Shown here one piece after another: positions 47,308-63,254 of a stretch of 64,000 nucleotides of DNA. Position numbers and translations under genes: made by a program. The notes beneath the pieces were generated by a model that ran no database searches, had not been told where the DNA came from, and saw only the letters and a program-made list of their open reading frames with translations. Source of the stretch: Piromyces finnis finn. Taxonomy: Eukaryota > Fungi > Neocallimastigomycota. The first letter of the stretch is position 1. Each line of letters begins with the position of its first letter. Location of the stretch: the NCBI GenBank assembly GCA_002104945.1, contig MCFH01000048.1:124001-188000 (forward strand). The letters run 5' to 3'.

Positions 47308-49007
47308 TTTTTAAAGATAATTTTATTTTTATAAATCATTGCATAATTTTTAAATTATTAAAATTGAAAAATAAATATATGTTTTATAAAGTTTATTTAT
47401 TAAAATTAATTTAATAAAGGTAATTACAAAGATTTTAATAATTCATTTACAATTTTTTTATACTAAAATATGCGGCTAATGTTAATTAGTAATACTTTAC
47501 ATTACCAATATTCTAAGAAACATTACATTAGTAATTTACATTATAATTTTATTAGTAATTAAGTTCTTGCTGAATTATATTCTTTCAAAAGCAATATTTA
47601 ATATTTCTATAGTATAATATTAATATTATTTTTTATATAAAATTTTTATAGTTCTATATGTATTTTTATATTTTGATAATTATATTGTATAATTATAATA
47701 CGTTTCCATTTAATTATTCATATATTTAATATTAAATAAATAAATAGAGCAACAATAACAATAATTATTTAATAAACCAAAATAATAGAGCTAAATTAAA
47801 GTAAATTAAATACGTATTTTTGATTCAATTTGAGTAAACCTACTATGGAGTTCATGTATTATTTATATTATTTATACATATATAAATAAAAAATATTAAT
47901 TTTAATTTAATTATGATATATTTTTTATAAAAATATTAAATAAATCCTATTTTTAATACTACATTAAAATCATTAAAGTAATTTAAAATAAATAGAAAGT
48001 AAAAAATAAACTATTTTATAATTATTTTGAATAAGTTTACTTGTTCTATAAATCTAAATATTTATCAAAATTTTATTTAATTTTTGAAGTAATCTTTTAT
48101 AAAAATATGTATTTATTTTTGAAATTAAAATTTATGTATTTTTATAAAGTGATACCTTTTTTTTAGGTATTTTAAAATTTAAATTTAAAAAATTATATGA
48201 AAGAATATAAGGAATTTGTTATTTTAATGTTTAATCAATATTCCTAATACTTTGTAAAAAAGATGAAAAAAATGAATCCGAAAGATAAATAAAAATAGTA
48301 TTTTTAAAATATATCTATCGTAATGTATTATGTTTAGTAAGATAAATATATTTCATGCTATTAATATAGTAATGTAAAGTATATTAATTTAGTAATAAAT
48401 TTCAAATTTATTAATATATAAATCTTTTCAATATATTATTTATTATTGTTTAAAAAGCTTTAATATAAAATATTAATTATTCTTATTATCTTTTAAATTA
48501 AAATCATATTAATACATATGAGCATAAAAAACAAAAATAATTTTTTCTTCCTTTTTATTTTTAAATTATTACAAAACAAAAAAATAAAATTTGTAAAAGA
48601 ATTTTCTCTTTTTCTACTACTATTATAACTATATTTAATTCAAGTCAAAATATGTTTACCCTTTAGTTATTTAATAACTATATAAAAGTATTTTTCTAAT
48701 ATTATATATCAAAGTATAAAATTATTAAAATAAAAACATCAATAATTTAATAATACTTAACTCCTTTTTTTTATATATATTGTTTTAGTTAATATTTTTT
48801 ATCGGAGCAGAAAACATGATTCCACATAATAAATAATCGTATACAGACTTATTTTATTATACTGATATTTATTATTATGATTTTTTTAAACTTTATTTAT
48901 ATATTACTTCATTAGGTAAAAAATAAGTTTTTATTAAATTATATTTATAAAATATATTATAAATAAATAAAACTACTAATAATGAAATTTTTATAAAATA
49001 TTTAAAC

Positions 49008-49081
49008 CACTCACGGCGGGACTCGAACCCGCAATCTTCAGATTAGAAGTCTGACGCCCTATCCAATTAGGCTACGCGAGC
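49008..49081 (-). tRNA. tRNA-Arg(TCT)
   Basis: Minus strand GCTCGCGTAGCC..TCAGA-CTTCTAA-TCTGA..GGTTCGAGTCC..CGTGAGTG. Confidence 0.95.
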
Positions 49082-49095
49082 TTCTACATTCTTTG

Positions 49096-49872
<777 letters not shown>

Positions 49873-49874
49873 TT

Positions 49875-49927
49875 TGTAAGAAATATTTGTGGCCATAAGT
49901 TTGCCCACAAATATTTCAATTGAAACC
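49875..49927. repeat. 53-bp terminal stub of D2 LTR (inverted)
   Basis: Exact reverse complement of the D2 end (21682-21734). Confidence 0.9.
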
Positions 49928-50060
49928 TGTCAAGAATAGAAGACGATTAAAAAATAAATTAAATGTTCAAATAAACAACTTAAAAATCAAATTTATATTT
50001 CAAAAAGTATAAAACACTTTTAAAAATAATTAAAAAGATCACTTGGAAAAATTTAATATT
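49928..50060. repeat. Start of LTR-like repeat J (right end not resolved)
   Basis: TGTCAAGAATAGAAG... has an inverted diverged counterpart at about 54790-54865. Confidence 0.5.
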
Positions 50061-51200
50061 GAAAAGGGTTAAGGATCACAAAAATTTAATTTTCAATAAA
50101 TTAACCCTTGAGAAGAAAATGCACTATACGAAACTAGCGATAACTTCCGAATCTCGCGTCCTATTTTCCTTTTCTAGAGACTTCAAACCAATTTTATTAG
50201 AAAGTACTAGTTGAGATCTATATTCTCACAAATTTTCAGCTAATTTAGACCACTAGTTCTTGAGATATAGCTATTTAAAGAATTAATTAGTTCTAATAAA
50301 TATATAATAATATATATTAAAATGATTAATATTAATTTATATAATTAAAATCATTATTCAAGTCATCCAACTTTCTATAAATATTTCAATTTAAAAATTC
50401 TCCATTATTATTAAATAAGGTTAGATAATAAATATTCTTGATTATAAACCTAATCAATTATAAAAATTAATTAATAATTTTTCAAATAATTTTGATTAAT
50501 AACCTCAATCATAATCAAGCCAAAAAGCCTTTGGATCAAAAATCATTAATTATAATTATTAATTAATTGATCATGAGAATATATAATTAGTATCAGTAAT
50601 TGTTCTCAATTTATAATATTAAATATTTACAATTTAAAATGGTTAAAACAATACTTTTATCTTAAAAGTAATTTAAAAGATTAATCTTAAGATCTATCAT
50701 ATGGATTCATATTATTAATATCAATATCAATTATTAATATTTTAATTTAAAATTATTTTATTCTTATCTTTATTATTAATATCAATATTAATATCAATGT
50801 AATTTTATTATATGTAAGAAAAAAGTATTTAAACAAAGAATTGAAATCAATTTTGAAATTCTTTGTAAGATTATTAATTATTAATTATTAATTATAATAT
50901 AACTTAATAAATATTATCTTAATAAATAAATAATTAATAAACAAATTTCATAATTAAATTATATTAAAATTTTTATTTTAAATATAAAAACCTATTTAAT
51001 TTTTAAATTAGTATTAATTAAATTCTTTAATAAGTTTTGAAGAAAAGATTTAATAATAAATAAATTTAATATTTTATTAGAAAATTAAGTTATATTATAT
51101 GAAACATTCTGACCAAGTTACATACCAATCCTAGCCCACTTTACAAAATTTAAAGGTTAGATTTAAATTAAATATTTTACAATTTCATTATTTAGCAAAA

Positions 51201-51468
51201 TGATATAATTTGGTAATAATCTTAATTTTGAATTTTACTTCAAAAAGTGATTATTATATTATATCTTTTGTTATAACTATATAAGTTATATTGATTAAGA
51301 TTTAAGATCGTTTTTATAAAAATTAATAAAATTGTTTTGTTAAAACACTAAATTGTTTTATTAGAAACACTTGTTTTTCTAATATTTAAATATTTAAAAT
51401 TTTATTTATTTAAGTATAAAAGTGATTATTAAAATTATAAAATATTAACTAAACTATAGAATATTTCT

Positions 51469-51502
<34 letters not shown>

Positions 51503-52024
51503 TTAAAATAAGAATATTTACATGTATTTATATTTTCTTTTAAATTTAAACTATTTACATTAAAATAATAAAATTAATAACTATTTAAAATAAAAGTAAT
51601 AAAAGTAATTAGAAATAACAATAAAAGAAATAATTAAAAGTTAAAGAATATAAAAAGTTGTTTATTTTTACAATTAATTAAAGTAATAATTATTTTTAAT
51701 GTTTTAATAAAGGTGTTTAATTATATTATTTTATAACATGAATTATTATATTTGTTTACTTTTAAAGTGTAATTTACTAACGAAGTTATTAAATATTTAA
51801 TTTAACAATTAATTTAACAAAAGTTATATATTTTGATCTCGATTAATTAAAGTTTATTATTTTCTTTCAATAATCAAAATATATGCAGTGTTTAGGATTA
51901 ATTTTATTTAAGAATTTTGGTAAAGTACTTAATTAAACTATAACTTGTTTTAAGTTACTTTTAGGGTTAACTTAAAAATCAGGTATAATAATAATTTTAT
52001 ATTTATTAATTTCATTATTTATCA
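51201..52024. repeat. Solo LTR D1
   Basis: TGATATAATTTGG..TTTATCA with TSD AAAA. Confidence 0.9.
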
Positions 52025-52031
52025 AAAAAAG

Positions 52032-52526
52032 TGTAAAAGGTTTTTTATAATATTAGTTAATAGGTTATTAATTAGTTAATTAAGTTAGTTATTACTTCTC
52101 TATACGAGTTAATAACTAAATAAAGTTTTATAAAAAATAATAAAAGAAAGAAAATAAATATTATAACACTAAAATAAATATAAACACTTATATAAATATT
52201 TTATGAAATAACTTTTACTTAAATAATTATATTTTAATTATATCTTTTATTTATTAATTATAATTATCTACATTAATTATTATTATAGTTATTAATTTAC
52301 TTTAATACTAATGCTAAAGTATTTAACGTTAGTTTTGACTATACTATTTAACTATATGAGTTTATTTTCTTTACCACTTGATTGGGTAAAGCAAATAAAC
52401 TTCCTATTTAATTAATAACCATTAATATATGGTTATGCATATATTTGGCCAATAAATGGTGACCAGAATATATGGTTTCAATTGAAATATTTGTGGGCAA
52501 ACTTATGGCCACAAATATTTCTTACA
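52032..52526. repeat. Solo LTR D2 (uninterrupted, 495 bp)
   Basis: TGTAAAAGG..CTTACA. Contains the empty site ATATGGTTTCAATTG of element C. Confidence 0.92.
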
Positions 52527-52527
52527 A

Positions 52528-53635
52528 TGATGCGTTGACCGATATATTTTTGAATAATATAATATTTTTAATAAATAATAAATTCTAATATTTATGATGA
52601 AACAATAAATTTAAAATAAAATAAAATATGTTTTATAATTAACAAATAAATCACTCAAAAACTCGAAAATAAACTCTTTTTATTATGTTTAAATTATCTC
52701 TTTATTATATTTATAATTTATTTATTGTCTATTTATTGTCCGCCTTTTTTATAAAGAAGAATTTTATCTTCTTTTTATACATTTTTCATTTATTACATGT
52801 ATTATTATTTTTAACTATTAATTATTATTACTATTGTGATTATTTATTAAAATTAAAGAATAAATTAAAATTATGTCTTAATATTATAAAAATGTTATAG
52901 AATATTACTTATTTGATTTTCTTATTACTTCAAAATGTTTAAAATTAGAAAAACTATTATAAATTATCATTAACTATCATTAAATGTATAATACCTTGAA
53001 TAAAATAATTAAAATTTAAAATTAAAATAATATTAAAATAAAATTAAAATAAAAATTAAAATAAAAATTGAAATAAAATTAATAAAATCAAATATTAAAA
53101 GTATCAATTAATATAAACACATTTTATACAGAAACATAAAAGAGTTCTGTATTTTATCTTTAAAATTGTTATTATTGTTCTATTTCCAGGCTTTAAATTA
53201 ATCACTTTTAGTAATAATTACTCAGTTATTTATTTGTTAATTTATATATATAAGTTTGAAAGAATTTCTAAAGAACACTTGGATAAAACACTAGAATTAA
53301 TAATTTAATGTATATCATTATATTTTTTTTTAGTTTATTTATTCATTTTTATTTACTTATTATTATTTTATTATTTTAATACATTTTTGGATTGAGTCGT
53401 TTTATTTTATTTAATAATTTATTTTATTATTATCTCTATTAAGTCGTTTTTATTCATAATTTATTATTTAATAAAGAGAATATTATTTATTTAAAAGAAA
53501 GGGTTATATTTCCATAAAATTATTATTTATTCATTTTTAAGGGTTATTATCTTTTATTTTTATTATAAGTCGCTATGGGTTAAGTCGTGTTTCTTCGGCT
53601 AGTTTTTATTACGTTTTTATGTGAGTAGCGTATCA
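52528..53635. repeat. Solo LTR F (about 1.1 kb)
   Basis: TGATGCG..GCGTATCA with TSD ACAA (52524-52527, 53636-53639). Confidence 0.9.
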
Positions 53636-53639
53636 ACAA

Positions 53640-54260
53640 TGATAAATAATAATTATAAATATATTATAAATTTGATATTAGTAGAAAATTTTATTATAAA
53701 ATAATTATTAAATAATTTTATATAGTTTATTATAAAAATATAATTTACATAAAATCAAATATTTTATAAATTTATATATTTGATTGGATTAAATTATAAA
53801 AATAATTTTTAATATAAAGAATAATAATAATTTTTAGTAGAAAATAGGAAGACTTAGATTACTAATAATAAGTTAAATTTTAATAATAGTTAATATAATT
53901 AATTAGTGAATACATAATAATATTTAAAAAGACAAAAATAAGTTTTTATATAATAAAAATTATTGTTAAAAAGAGCGTAAGAACAATAAATAAAAGAAAA
54001 TATAAAAACGAAATTAAACTTGTCTAATTTGTAATTATTGTGTTAATAATAAATAATATTTTATAGAATAAATCTGGTGTTATTATTCTATATAAATATT
54101 ATTAAATAATAAAACTATTAAAACTATAAAATAGCTTAAAATAAATTAATAAAACTAGTAGATATTGTTAAAGCTCGTACAATAGCTGTCGAGATAAAAC
54201 AATATAAGATAACAGAAGAAGTAGTTAAAAAGTTGTAATATAACTACCAATCCGTTATCA
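53640..54260 (+). repeat. Solo LTR of family E
   Basis: Reverse complement of 42696-43319 with some mismatches. TSD ACAA (53636-53639, 54261-54264). Confidence 0.93.
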
Positions 54261-54276
54261 ACAAAAAGTAGGAGTA

Positions 54277-54358
54277 GTCACTTTGGCGGAGTGGTTAACG
54301 CGGTGGCCTGCTAAGCCATTTCCCTTTGGGAGCGCAGGTTCGAGTCCTGCAGGTGACG
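54277..54358 (+). tRNA. tRNA-Ser(GCT), second copy
   Basis: Same sequence as 21748-21829. Confidence 0.95.
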
Positions 54359-54367
54359 AAATTATAT

Positions 54368-54440
54368 GCGAAGTTGGCGCAGTCGGCAGCGCGTAAGTCT
54401 CATAATCTTAAGGTCGTGAGTTCGAACCTCACACTTCGCA
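54368..54440 (+). tRNA. tRNA-Met(CAT) elongator, second copy
   Basis: Same sequence as 21839-21911, followed by TTTT. Confidence 0.95.
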
Positions 54441-55109
54441 TTTTGTTAAATTATTAAAATTTTTTTATTTTTGAACTATGCTTATTAACTTAAGAATATA
54501 TATAAATTTAAAAGTAATTTTTGATGCAATCATTTCTTTTCTATTAATATTTAATAATTAGAAAAACTAAATTTTAAAATTTGATATTTTATTGTATATA
54601 TTATTGTTAAATATATAATTATCAAAATTATAAAGGTATATATAATCTGAATATATAACTAAAAATTATTAAAAATTATGAATAATTCAATTTAAAAAAT
54701 AATATATTAATTATGTAATCTAACCTTTCTGTTATTAAAAATTTTTTAAATATAGCTATCTTTATTATTTTTAAAAATATTTTATAATTCCTGAAATTCT
54801 AAATTGATTCTTAAATGTTTATTTGAACATTTAATTTTTTTGTAATTGGCTTCTATTCCTGATATTGTTTGTTAGCAATCAGTTTTTATTATATTTTTAG
54901 GTTGGTAGCATATAAAGATATTAATGTATTAAAGCATAAGTCTGCTTTAAGCTCTCTAATTTTTTCAAAGTAAAAGTCCTAGATCGCCAACAAATACAAT
55001 GAAGTTCATAAAGATTAACTAGAAGGAAAGACGAAGCCAAGTACCATTAACCACTTACGCGTAATCGTATAGCTAGGTCCAAGATTCAACTAAAAGCTTT
55101 TTAACGTTT

Positions 55110-55532
55110 TTAAGTATAAAAATTCTAATCCTTTGAAATTAGTAAATTTTTTAAATTTATTAATTATATTAATTATTAATTTATAAAAATTATATATTTT
55201 TTAATTAAACAATAATTAATTAAAATTAAAAATGTAATAATTAAGATTGTTCAGGTATAAAAGGAACAAAAACCGACAAAAATTACGAAGCTTTAGCGTT
55301 AGTAATTTTTTAACTTAAAGTTAATAAAATTTATAAACTCCTATAAAACCTAAAATTTTAAAAATTTTAATATTTTTAATAAATTAATATATGCTGATAT
55401 TAAGTTATTACTAAAATAAAAATATTATTTAATTAACTTTACGCCTTCAATAGGAAAGCTTATTATATTTGTTAATTAATATAACTAGTGTGCTTACCAC
55501 ACTTTTCTTTAATAAAAAATCGCTTTTTGACA
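55110..55532. repeat. 3' part of a family-H LTR
   Basis: Matches 60900-62386 without insert I. Ends ..TTTTTGACA. Left boundary approximate. Confidence 0.75.
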
Positions 55533-56609
55533 TATGATTCGTTACATGACTCTCCTGTAAACTATTGTATTAATAGAATAATGTATTTAATACGTATTAA
55601 AAATAATGTATAATGTATTGAATTAATGTACCGTAAATTTTTGCAAAATTTATATCACAATACATTAACATAAATCTATGTGAAATCTAAATTTATGATA
55701 AGATAAATGATATATGTTTCTTTTATGTTGTAGTGATTTAATATTAGTTTATTTATAATTTATTATATTAGGTGAAAAATATTTTATTACTATTATTAAC
55801 TTCTCTCTTATTAATAATTTCACTTATAATATTTTCTTATTAAAACTCTTCTCTTTCATTATTAATTATTAAACATGAATATTTTTATATTATAAAATTC
55901 CTATAATATAATTGAATATCAATTATATAATGTAATGCATTCATAATATATGAATAATAATTAAATAGGATATAGTATAATATATTTTACATTTTATATG
56001 AAATATTACTATATAAGGAAAGGTAATGTAATACAAATAAGTATTACAATAAAATTAATACTAATATATAATATTAATATTTAAGAATATAATGAAATAT
56101 GTACATGAATTCTATAACTAATATATAAATAATGTATTATAATATATATCAATTATTATATTATTATTATGGAATATTATATATAAATTTTTAAATATGA
56201 AATTGAATAATTTAAATAATAAAAATTATTTTAAATATGGCTAATATGTAGCTAGACATATTAATTTCATATCAAAAACTTCCCTGCTAGAATTGAGCTA
56301 TAATTATTAATTATTTGCTATAATTAAAATAATTATATGCGAAATAATTTAATAAAATTTATATTGAAATATTTTTATAATTATATATAAAAAAAATTAA
56401 AAATTTTTATAAAAATTTTTATATTTAACTTTTTTTTTTGTTTTGTTTATATATATATATGTATATATCTTTCTATTATTATTAATAATTAATATAATTA
56501 TTAATCTACTAAGCTATCAATCTTCTTCTTACTTATTATTATGATTATATACTTATATAGTTAGTATATATATATTTTAATACATTTATAATTTTATTTC
56601 ATTTTATTT

Positions 56610-57224
56610 CTACTCCCTGAATGGTAATATATTTTTAAAATGGACATTTCTTTCTAAATATTGTCCCGTCAGTTCATCTTGTAATTTAGCTGTGTTCCAA
56701 GATATTTCTCTAATAATAAAAGGACCAATAAAATAGGGTTCTAACTTGTTTCTTTGTTGGTTCCTAATCTTTACCTTATCCCCTATTTTGTAGTTAATTT
56801 TATTGTTCATACTTTGTTGAGCTAATCTTCTACTTTTCCAATAATTTATCGTCCCTAGCATTTTACTGGCAGCTTGTTTTACCCATTTGGCGTGGTCTAT
56901 AAATCTTTCCATTAATAATTCTTCTATTGATTTTCTTCTATACTTAATATTGAATTTCTTATATTAATAATTATAAATATTATTTTAATAAATTTAATAT
57001 TATTATCTAATTTTGACGAATTATTAGGAACAATTTTAAAAAGAACATTTTCTATTACTATTTATACAAAATTATTATTTTAAAGTATAATTATAAACAA
57101 ATATAAATTATTTAATTTAAAAATAAGTAAACAATTAAATAAACAAAAAGTTTACATTTATAATTTTTAATTTAATAATTTTATACAAGTTAATTATTTT
57201 AATTTTTAACTATCTGTGTTTTAA

Positions 57225-57294
<70 letters not shown>

Positions 57295-58437
57295 TTCCAA
57301 ATTATCCAAATTATTAGCATTAAACTTATTAATATTACTATTATTCTCATCTTTATTATTATTGTCATTACCATCAGAAACAGTAGTGTTAACAATTAAG
57401 TTCTCTTTCAAAGTTATTCTGAATAAAGCATCAGCAATTTTATTAGCTTTTCCTGGTTGATAAATAATATTAACTTTTAATTGACTAAATTTATCACACC
57501 AGCGTTGATGTTTTTTTGTATTCGGTTCTCCTTTCTTAATGATGGGAACTAAAGGTTCATGGTCAGTATAAAGAATAGTTTGAAATGGATTCCCTAGAAT
57601 ATATGGTTCAAATTGTAAAAGACAATAATAAGCAGCAGTACCTTCTAATTCAGTAGTGGTATAATTTTCTTCCGATTTCTTAATACTTCTACTAACAAAA
57701 TAAACTGGGTGTTCAATATTGTCATCATATAACTGTAGTAAAACACCACCAATTCCATATCCACAAGCATCAGATCTAATTATAAAAGGAACATCAAATT
57801 TAGGAAAACAAAGAATTGGTGCATTAACTAGGCAATATATCAAATTTCTGAAACTCTGTTCTTGAATTTCTGTCCATTCATATTTAATTTTCTTCTTTAA
57901 TAATTTGCAAAGAGGAGCTGCAATAGCAGAATAATTTTCAATAAAATTTCTGTAATAACTAGTCATACCTAAAAATGAACGTAGTTCAGAGATATCTCGT
58001 GGTGGGTTCATTTCTTTAATAGATGCGACTTTCTTTTCCAAAGGAAGTAAACCATCAACAGTAACCCGATGACCTAAAGCCTCTATTTCAAGTTGACAAA
58101 AAGAACATTTCTCAATATTTAACTTTAATTTGTTATTACGTAAAATAGTAAAAACTTTTCTTAAGTCATTAATATGATCTTCAAAACTGGGAGAATAAAT
58201 GATAATATCATCTAAATATATTTGAACACATTCATTAATTAAATCGAAAAAGATACGATTCATTTCGCGCTGAAAAGTGGCAGGAGCATTAGTTAATCCA
58301 AAAGGCATAACTTTAAAATAATAGTTACCAAATTTCGTGGTAAAAGAAGTTTTATCCATATCTTCTTTGAACATAGGAATTTGATGATATTCACTAAATA
58401 AATCAATTGTTGAAAAGATTTTTGAGTCTTTGAATAT
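56610..58437 (-). pseudogene. pol: Decayed Ty3/Gypsy pol (RT-RNase H 57290-58437; integrase C-terminus 56610-56985; IN core replaced by G-LTR sequence)
   Basis: MPFGLTNAPATFQ, YLDD, IRSDACGYGIG, YTDHEPL and PYFIGPF (GPY/F-like). No chromodomain. Confidence 0.85.
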
Positions 58438-59100
58438 TACTTATTTGATTTTCTTATTACTTCAAAATGTTTAAATTTAGAAAAATTATTATAAATTATC
58501 ATTGACTATCATTAAATGTATAATACCTTGAATAAAATAATTAAAATTTAAAATTAAAATGAAATTAAAATAAAATTAAAATAAAATTAAGACAAAATTA
58601 AAATATTAAAAGTATCAATTATTATAAACACTCATTTTATACAGAAACATAAAAGAGTTCTGTATTTCATCTTTAAGATTGTTATTATTATTCTATTTCC
58701 AGGTTTTAAGTTTATCATTTTTAGTAATAATTACTCAATTATTTATTTATTAATTTATATATATAAATTTAAAAGAGTTTCTAAAGAACACTTGGATAAA
58801 ACACTAGAATTAATAATTTGATGTATACCATTTTATTTTTAGTTTATTTATTCATTTTTATTTATTTATTATTATTTTATTATTATTTTAGTACATTATT
58901 GGATTAAGTCGTTTTATTTATTTAATAATTTATTTTATTATTATCACTATTACGTCGTTTTTACTCAGAATTTATTATATAATAAAGAGAATATTATTTA
59001 TTTAAAAAAAAGGGTTATATTTTCATAAAATTATTATTCATTCATTTTTAAGGGTTATTTTCATTTATTTTAATTATAAGCTACTATGGGTTAAGTCGTG

Positions 59101-60754
59101 TGTAAAAGTTTTACTAAACTTATAATTTAATATTGAAATATTAAATTAAATAAAAAATTAAAGATAACTAGGTTAGAAAAAATGTTTTATTAAAATAATC
59201 TTAATTGTTTTATAAATGAATAATTAAATTATGTATTAGTTAAAATAATTTCTTTTTATTTTATTTAAAGAATATATATAATAATAAGATTATTTAATAG
59301 TAATACTTATTAAGTATTGTAAAGATATCAAACGCCTCTGTTTGATATCTTTAATGTAACTTAAGCCACAAGTATTATTGTTTAAGTTACACAAATTATA
59401 TTCAGAAAAAGAAAATGAGACATAATTTATTTATTAATAATTAAAGTTTAAAACAAAATAAATTATTAATTTATTTTTAATGTTTAACAAATAAATTAAA
59501 TTTCTCAATTTAATTTCTTAGTTTTAGTATTGTTTTTTGATAGAAAAAGATGAATAGTATATAAATAATAAATGATTAATATATAAATAATACATGGGCA
59601 CATATTCAAATTAAATAGTATTTGATTTGAATTGCCTATTTAATTTTACTAAAATAGTTATAGTTTAAATATTTTATTAATAATTAAGATTTTAGTGTAG
59701 GTTTTAAATAATAATATATTTTAAATAAATAGTTATAATATAATATAAATGTATTTAGGAAAAATATAAATAGAAAATATTTTTTATCATTTTATCAATG
59801 TAATTGTTATTAATAAAATTTCTATTATAATAAAAGATATTTTTAATAAAACAATTTTTTATTTTATTTTAAATTTTGTGTTATTGTAATAGAATAGATA
59901 TCCTAATCTATTCTTTCTGTGTCAACATTACAAGTATTAATAAGGTAATAATCTTTACAAGGATTTAATTCATAAAACTATTCTAACTATTTATACTATT
60001 TGTAGTTTTACATTTAATAATAAAATAACTTTTTAATACATGATTATTTTTTATAATATATTTTATAATACTAAGGTTAAACTTAAGACTTATTACTAAT
60101 TATTAAAAATAACTATTGTTTATATATTCATAATATTAATTATTTCTTAATTATTAATTATAATATAATTCATTGAATATAATATTAATAATTATAATCT
60201 TTTAATTCAAAGATTATAAGTTATGTTATTGAAATAATTATTATAAAATAAAGTTAATTAATTCCGGAAAATAATTTTAATTTAATTAAAACAATAATTT
60301 ATATCCTTTTGGGTGAATGATTTATGTTCAATACATCAGAGGTGATCATTCTCTGAATAAACAATTAATCATTACTAACAAAATATCTTTAAATTGGAAT
60401 ATCTCGTGAACCAGCAGAGATAACGACCTGATTTTAAGATATGTTGTTCATCTCAAGCGTGGCTTTCTAACGAACCCACAATCTCCCAACAATAATTTCC
60501 CAAAAATCGCCATTCGTTGAGGAGATACACATGTTTTTCCTTATTTAATTTTGACGATAAGGGTTAAAGTTATTTGTTATAAAAATATTAAGGGTTAAGG
60601 TCATATCTTAACCTTTTCTAAATTTTTTTAAATATTTCTTAATATAATTTTATAATTTATTTGAAAATAAAATATTATTGATTTTGAAATTTTATAAGTA
60701 ATTTCACAATTTCAAGTGATCTTGAAATTGCAGATTCCACTAGTATTCGTGACA
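59101..60754 (-). repeat. Solo C-family LTR (itself split by an A solo LTR)
   Basis: TGTAAAAGTTTT..TTCGTGACA with TSD TCGTG (59096-59100, 60755-60759). Confidence 0.93.
59318..59932 (+). repeat. Solo family-A LTR (615 bp)
   Basis: TGTAAAGATATC..CATTACA with TSD AGTAT (59313-59317, 59933-59937). Confidence 0.94.
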
Positions 60755-60813
60755 TCGTGTTTATTCAGCTAGTTTTTATTATGTTTTTATTGGAGTAGCG
60801 TATCAACAAAAAG

Positions 60814-62386
60814 TGTCACAATAACATATATAAAAATTTAAAAAATTTGGACACATGGAAAAAATTAAAGATTTTTTTAAAATTTGAAAATTTGAAAATT
60901 TGAAAAAATTTCAAAGTATAAAATTTCTAATATTTGAAATTATTAAATTTTTTAAAATTATTAAAATTTTATTATTAAAAATTTTATTTTAAATTTATTA
61001 ACTATTTACAATAATTATATTAATTATTAATTTATAAAAATTAAATATTTTATAATTAGACAATAATTAATTAAAATTAAAAAATGTAATAATTAAAATT
61101 GTTCATGTATAAAAAGAATAAAAATTGACAAAAATTACGAAGCTTTAGCGTTAGTAATTTTTTTAACTTAAAGTTAATAAAATTTATAAACTCCTATAAA
61201 ACCTAAAACTTTAAAAATTTTAATATTTTTAATAATTTAATATATGCTGATATTAAGTTATTGCTAAAATAAAAATATTATTTAATTTTCTTTATATAAC
61301 TATTTTTAGCTTTACGCCTTCAATAGGAAAGCGTATTATATTTGTTAATTAATATAACTTGTTAAGTTTTTGGATTTGGTTATGCGACCAGGTCAGAATG
61401 TTATCAATTATATAGTAAATATGTTTTTTAAGAAATTAAATTTAAATATAAAATAACCCTTTAAACTTCCAAATGAAAAATTAATATTTATTCTTTAGAA
61501 TAACTTTTTTATAAAAATTTATTTATTTATTAATAATAATATAAATGATAATATATTTAATAACTATATAATTAAGATTACAACTATAATCTTTACAAAG
61601 AATTAAAATCAAATTCAATTCATTCTATTTTATATTCTTTGTTCAGATTATTAAATTGATAAAAATAAAGTATTACATGTAATATATTAATAACATAATA
61701 AGATTGTTTGTTTGTTTGTTTGTTTGTTTTGTCATGACATAAAATAAAATAAACATATGATTAATCATTTAAACACTTGATCCATTAACCTATTTTATAA
61801 TAATTAAAATTATTTAATTTATAAATGTTAACTGTTACACCTAAATGGTTTAGTTCTATTTTTAGTAACAGTCACTATCATTAATTAATTTAATATAATT
61901 AAAATTTCTATTGATATCTTTTTAATTTTCGTCAAGTCATAAGAAATGTCTATGATCCATACTTGATATCACATTGATTTTAATTTACTTATTAAAATCT
62001 TCAAATGACCAGTTAGGACCGCGATTGTACCAAAATATAGCTTTTCCTTTAAGCTTTCCAACAAATTTAGTTTCACAGCAGTAGTATTTACAGCCGTAAC
62101 GCTCGTTTTTGGCGAGTTACGCCTTGTTTCGTGTTTGTTTATTTTTGGTTAAGGGTTATAGTGTATTGATATTAAATTTTTTGAAATCATAACCCTTTCA
62201 CTGAATCAAAATTTAAAAGGTGACTTTTAAAGGTGTTTTAAAATAATCATTGAAATTATTTAATTATAATTATTATGTTTAATTAATTATAGATATTATC
62301 TGGATTTGTTTTAAATCCAGTTAATATCTTCACATAACTAGTGTGCTTACCACACTTTTCTTTAATAAAAAATCGCTTTTTTGACA
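60814..62386. repeat. Family-H LTR split by I
   Basis: TGTCACAATAAC..TTTTGACA. Empty site ATAACTAGTGTG at about 55482 and 38495. Confidence 0.85.
61360..62334. repeat. Solo LTR I (975 bp)
   Basis: TGTTAAG..CTTCACA with TSD TAACT (61355-61359, 62335-62339). Confidence 0.9.
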
Positions 62387-62389
62387 AAA

Positions 62390-63252
<863 letters not shown>

Positions 63253-63254
63253 AA

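Larger units (their letters stand above)
58432..60805. repeat. 5'-truncated F LTR split by a C solo LTR
   Basis: Matches about 52900-53635 and ends GCGTATCA. Empty site TTAAGTCGTGTTT at 53580-53592. Confidence 0.88.

Noticed and set aside
54900-55100. Host exon or ncRNA in a slightly GC-richer patch
   Set aside because: Stops or no recognisable motif in the frames I translated, and no tRNA, snRNA or rRNA signature.
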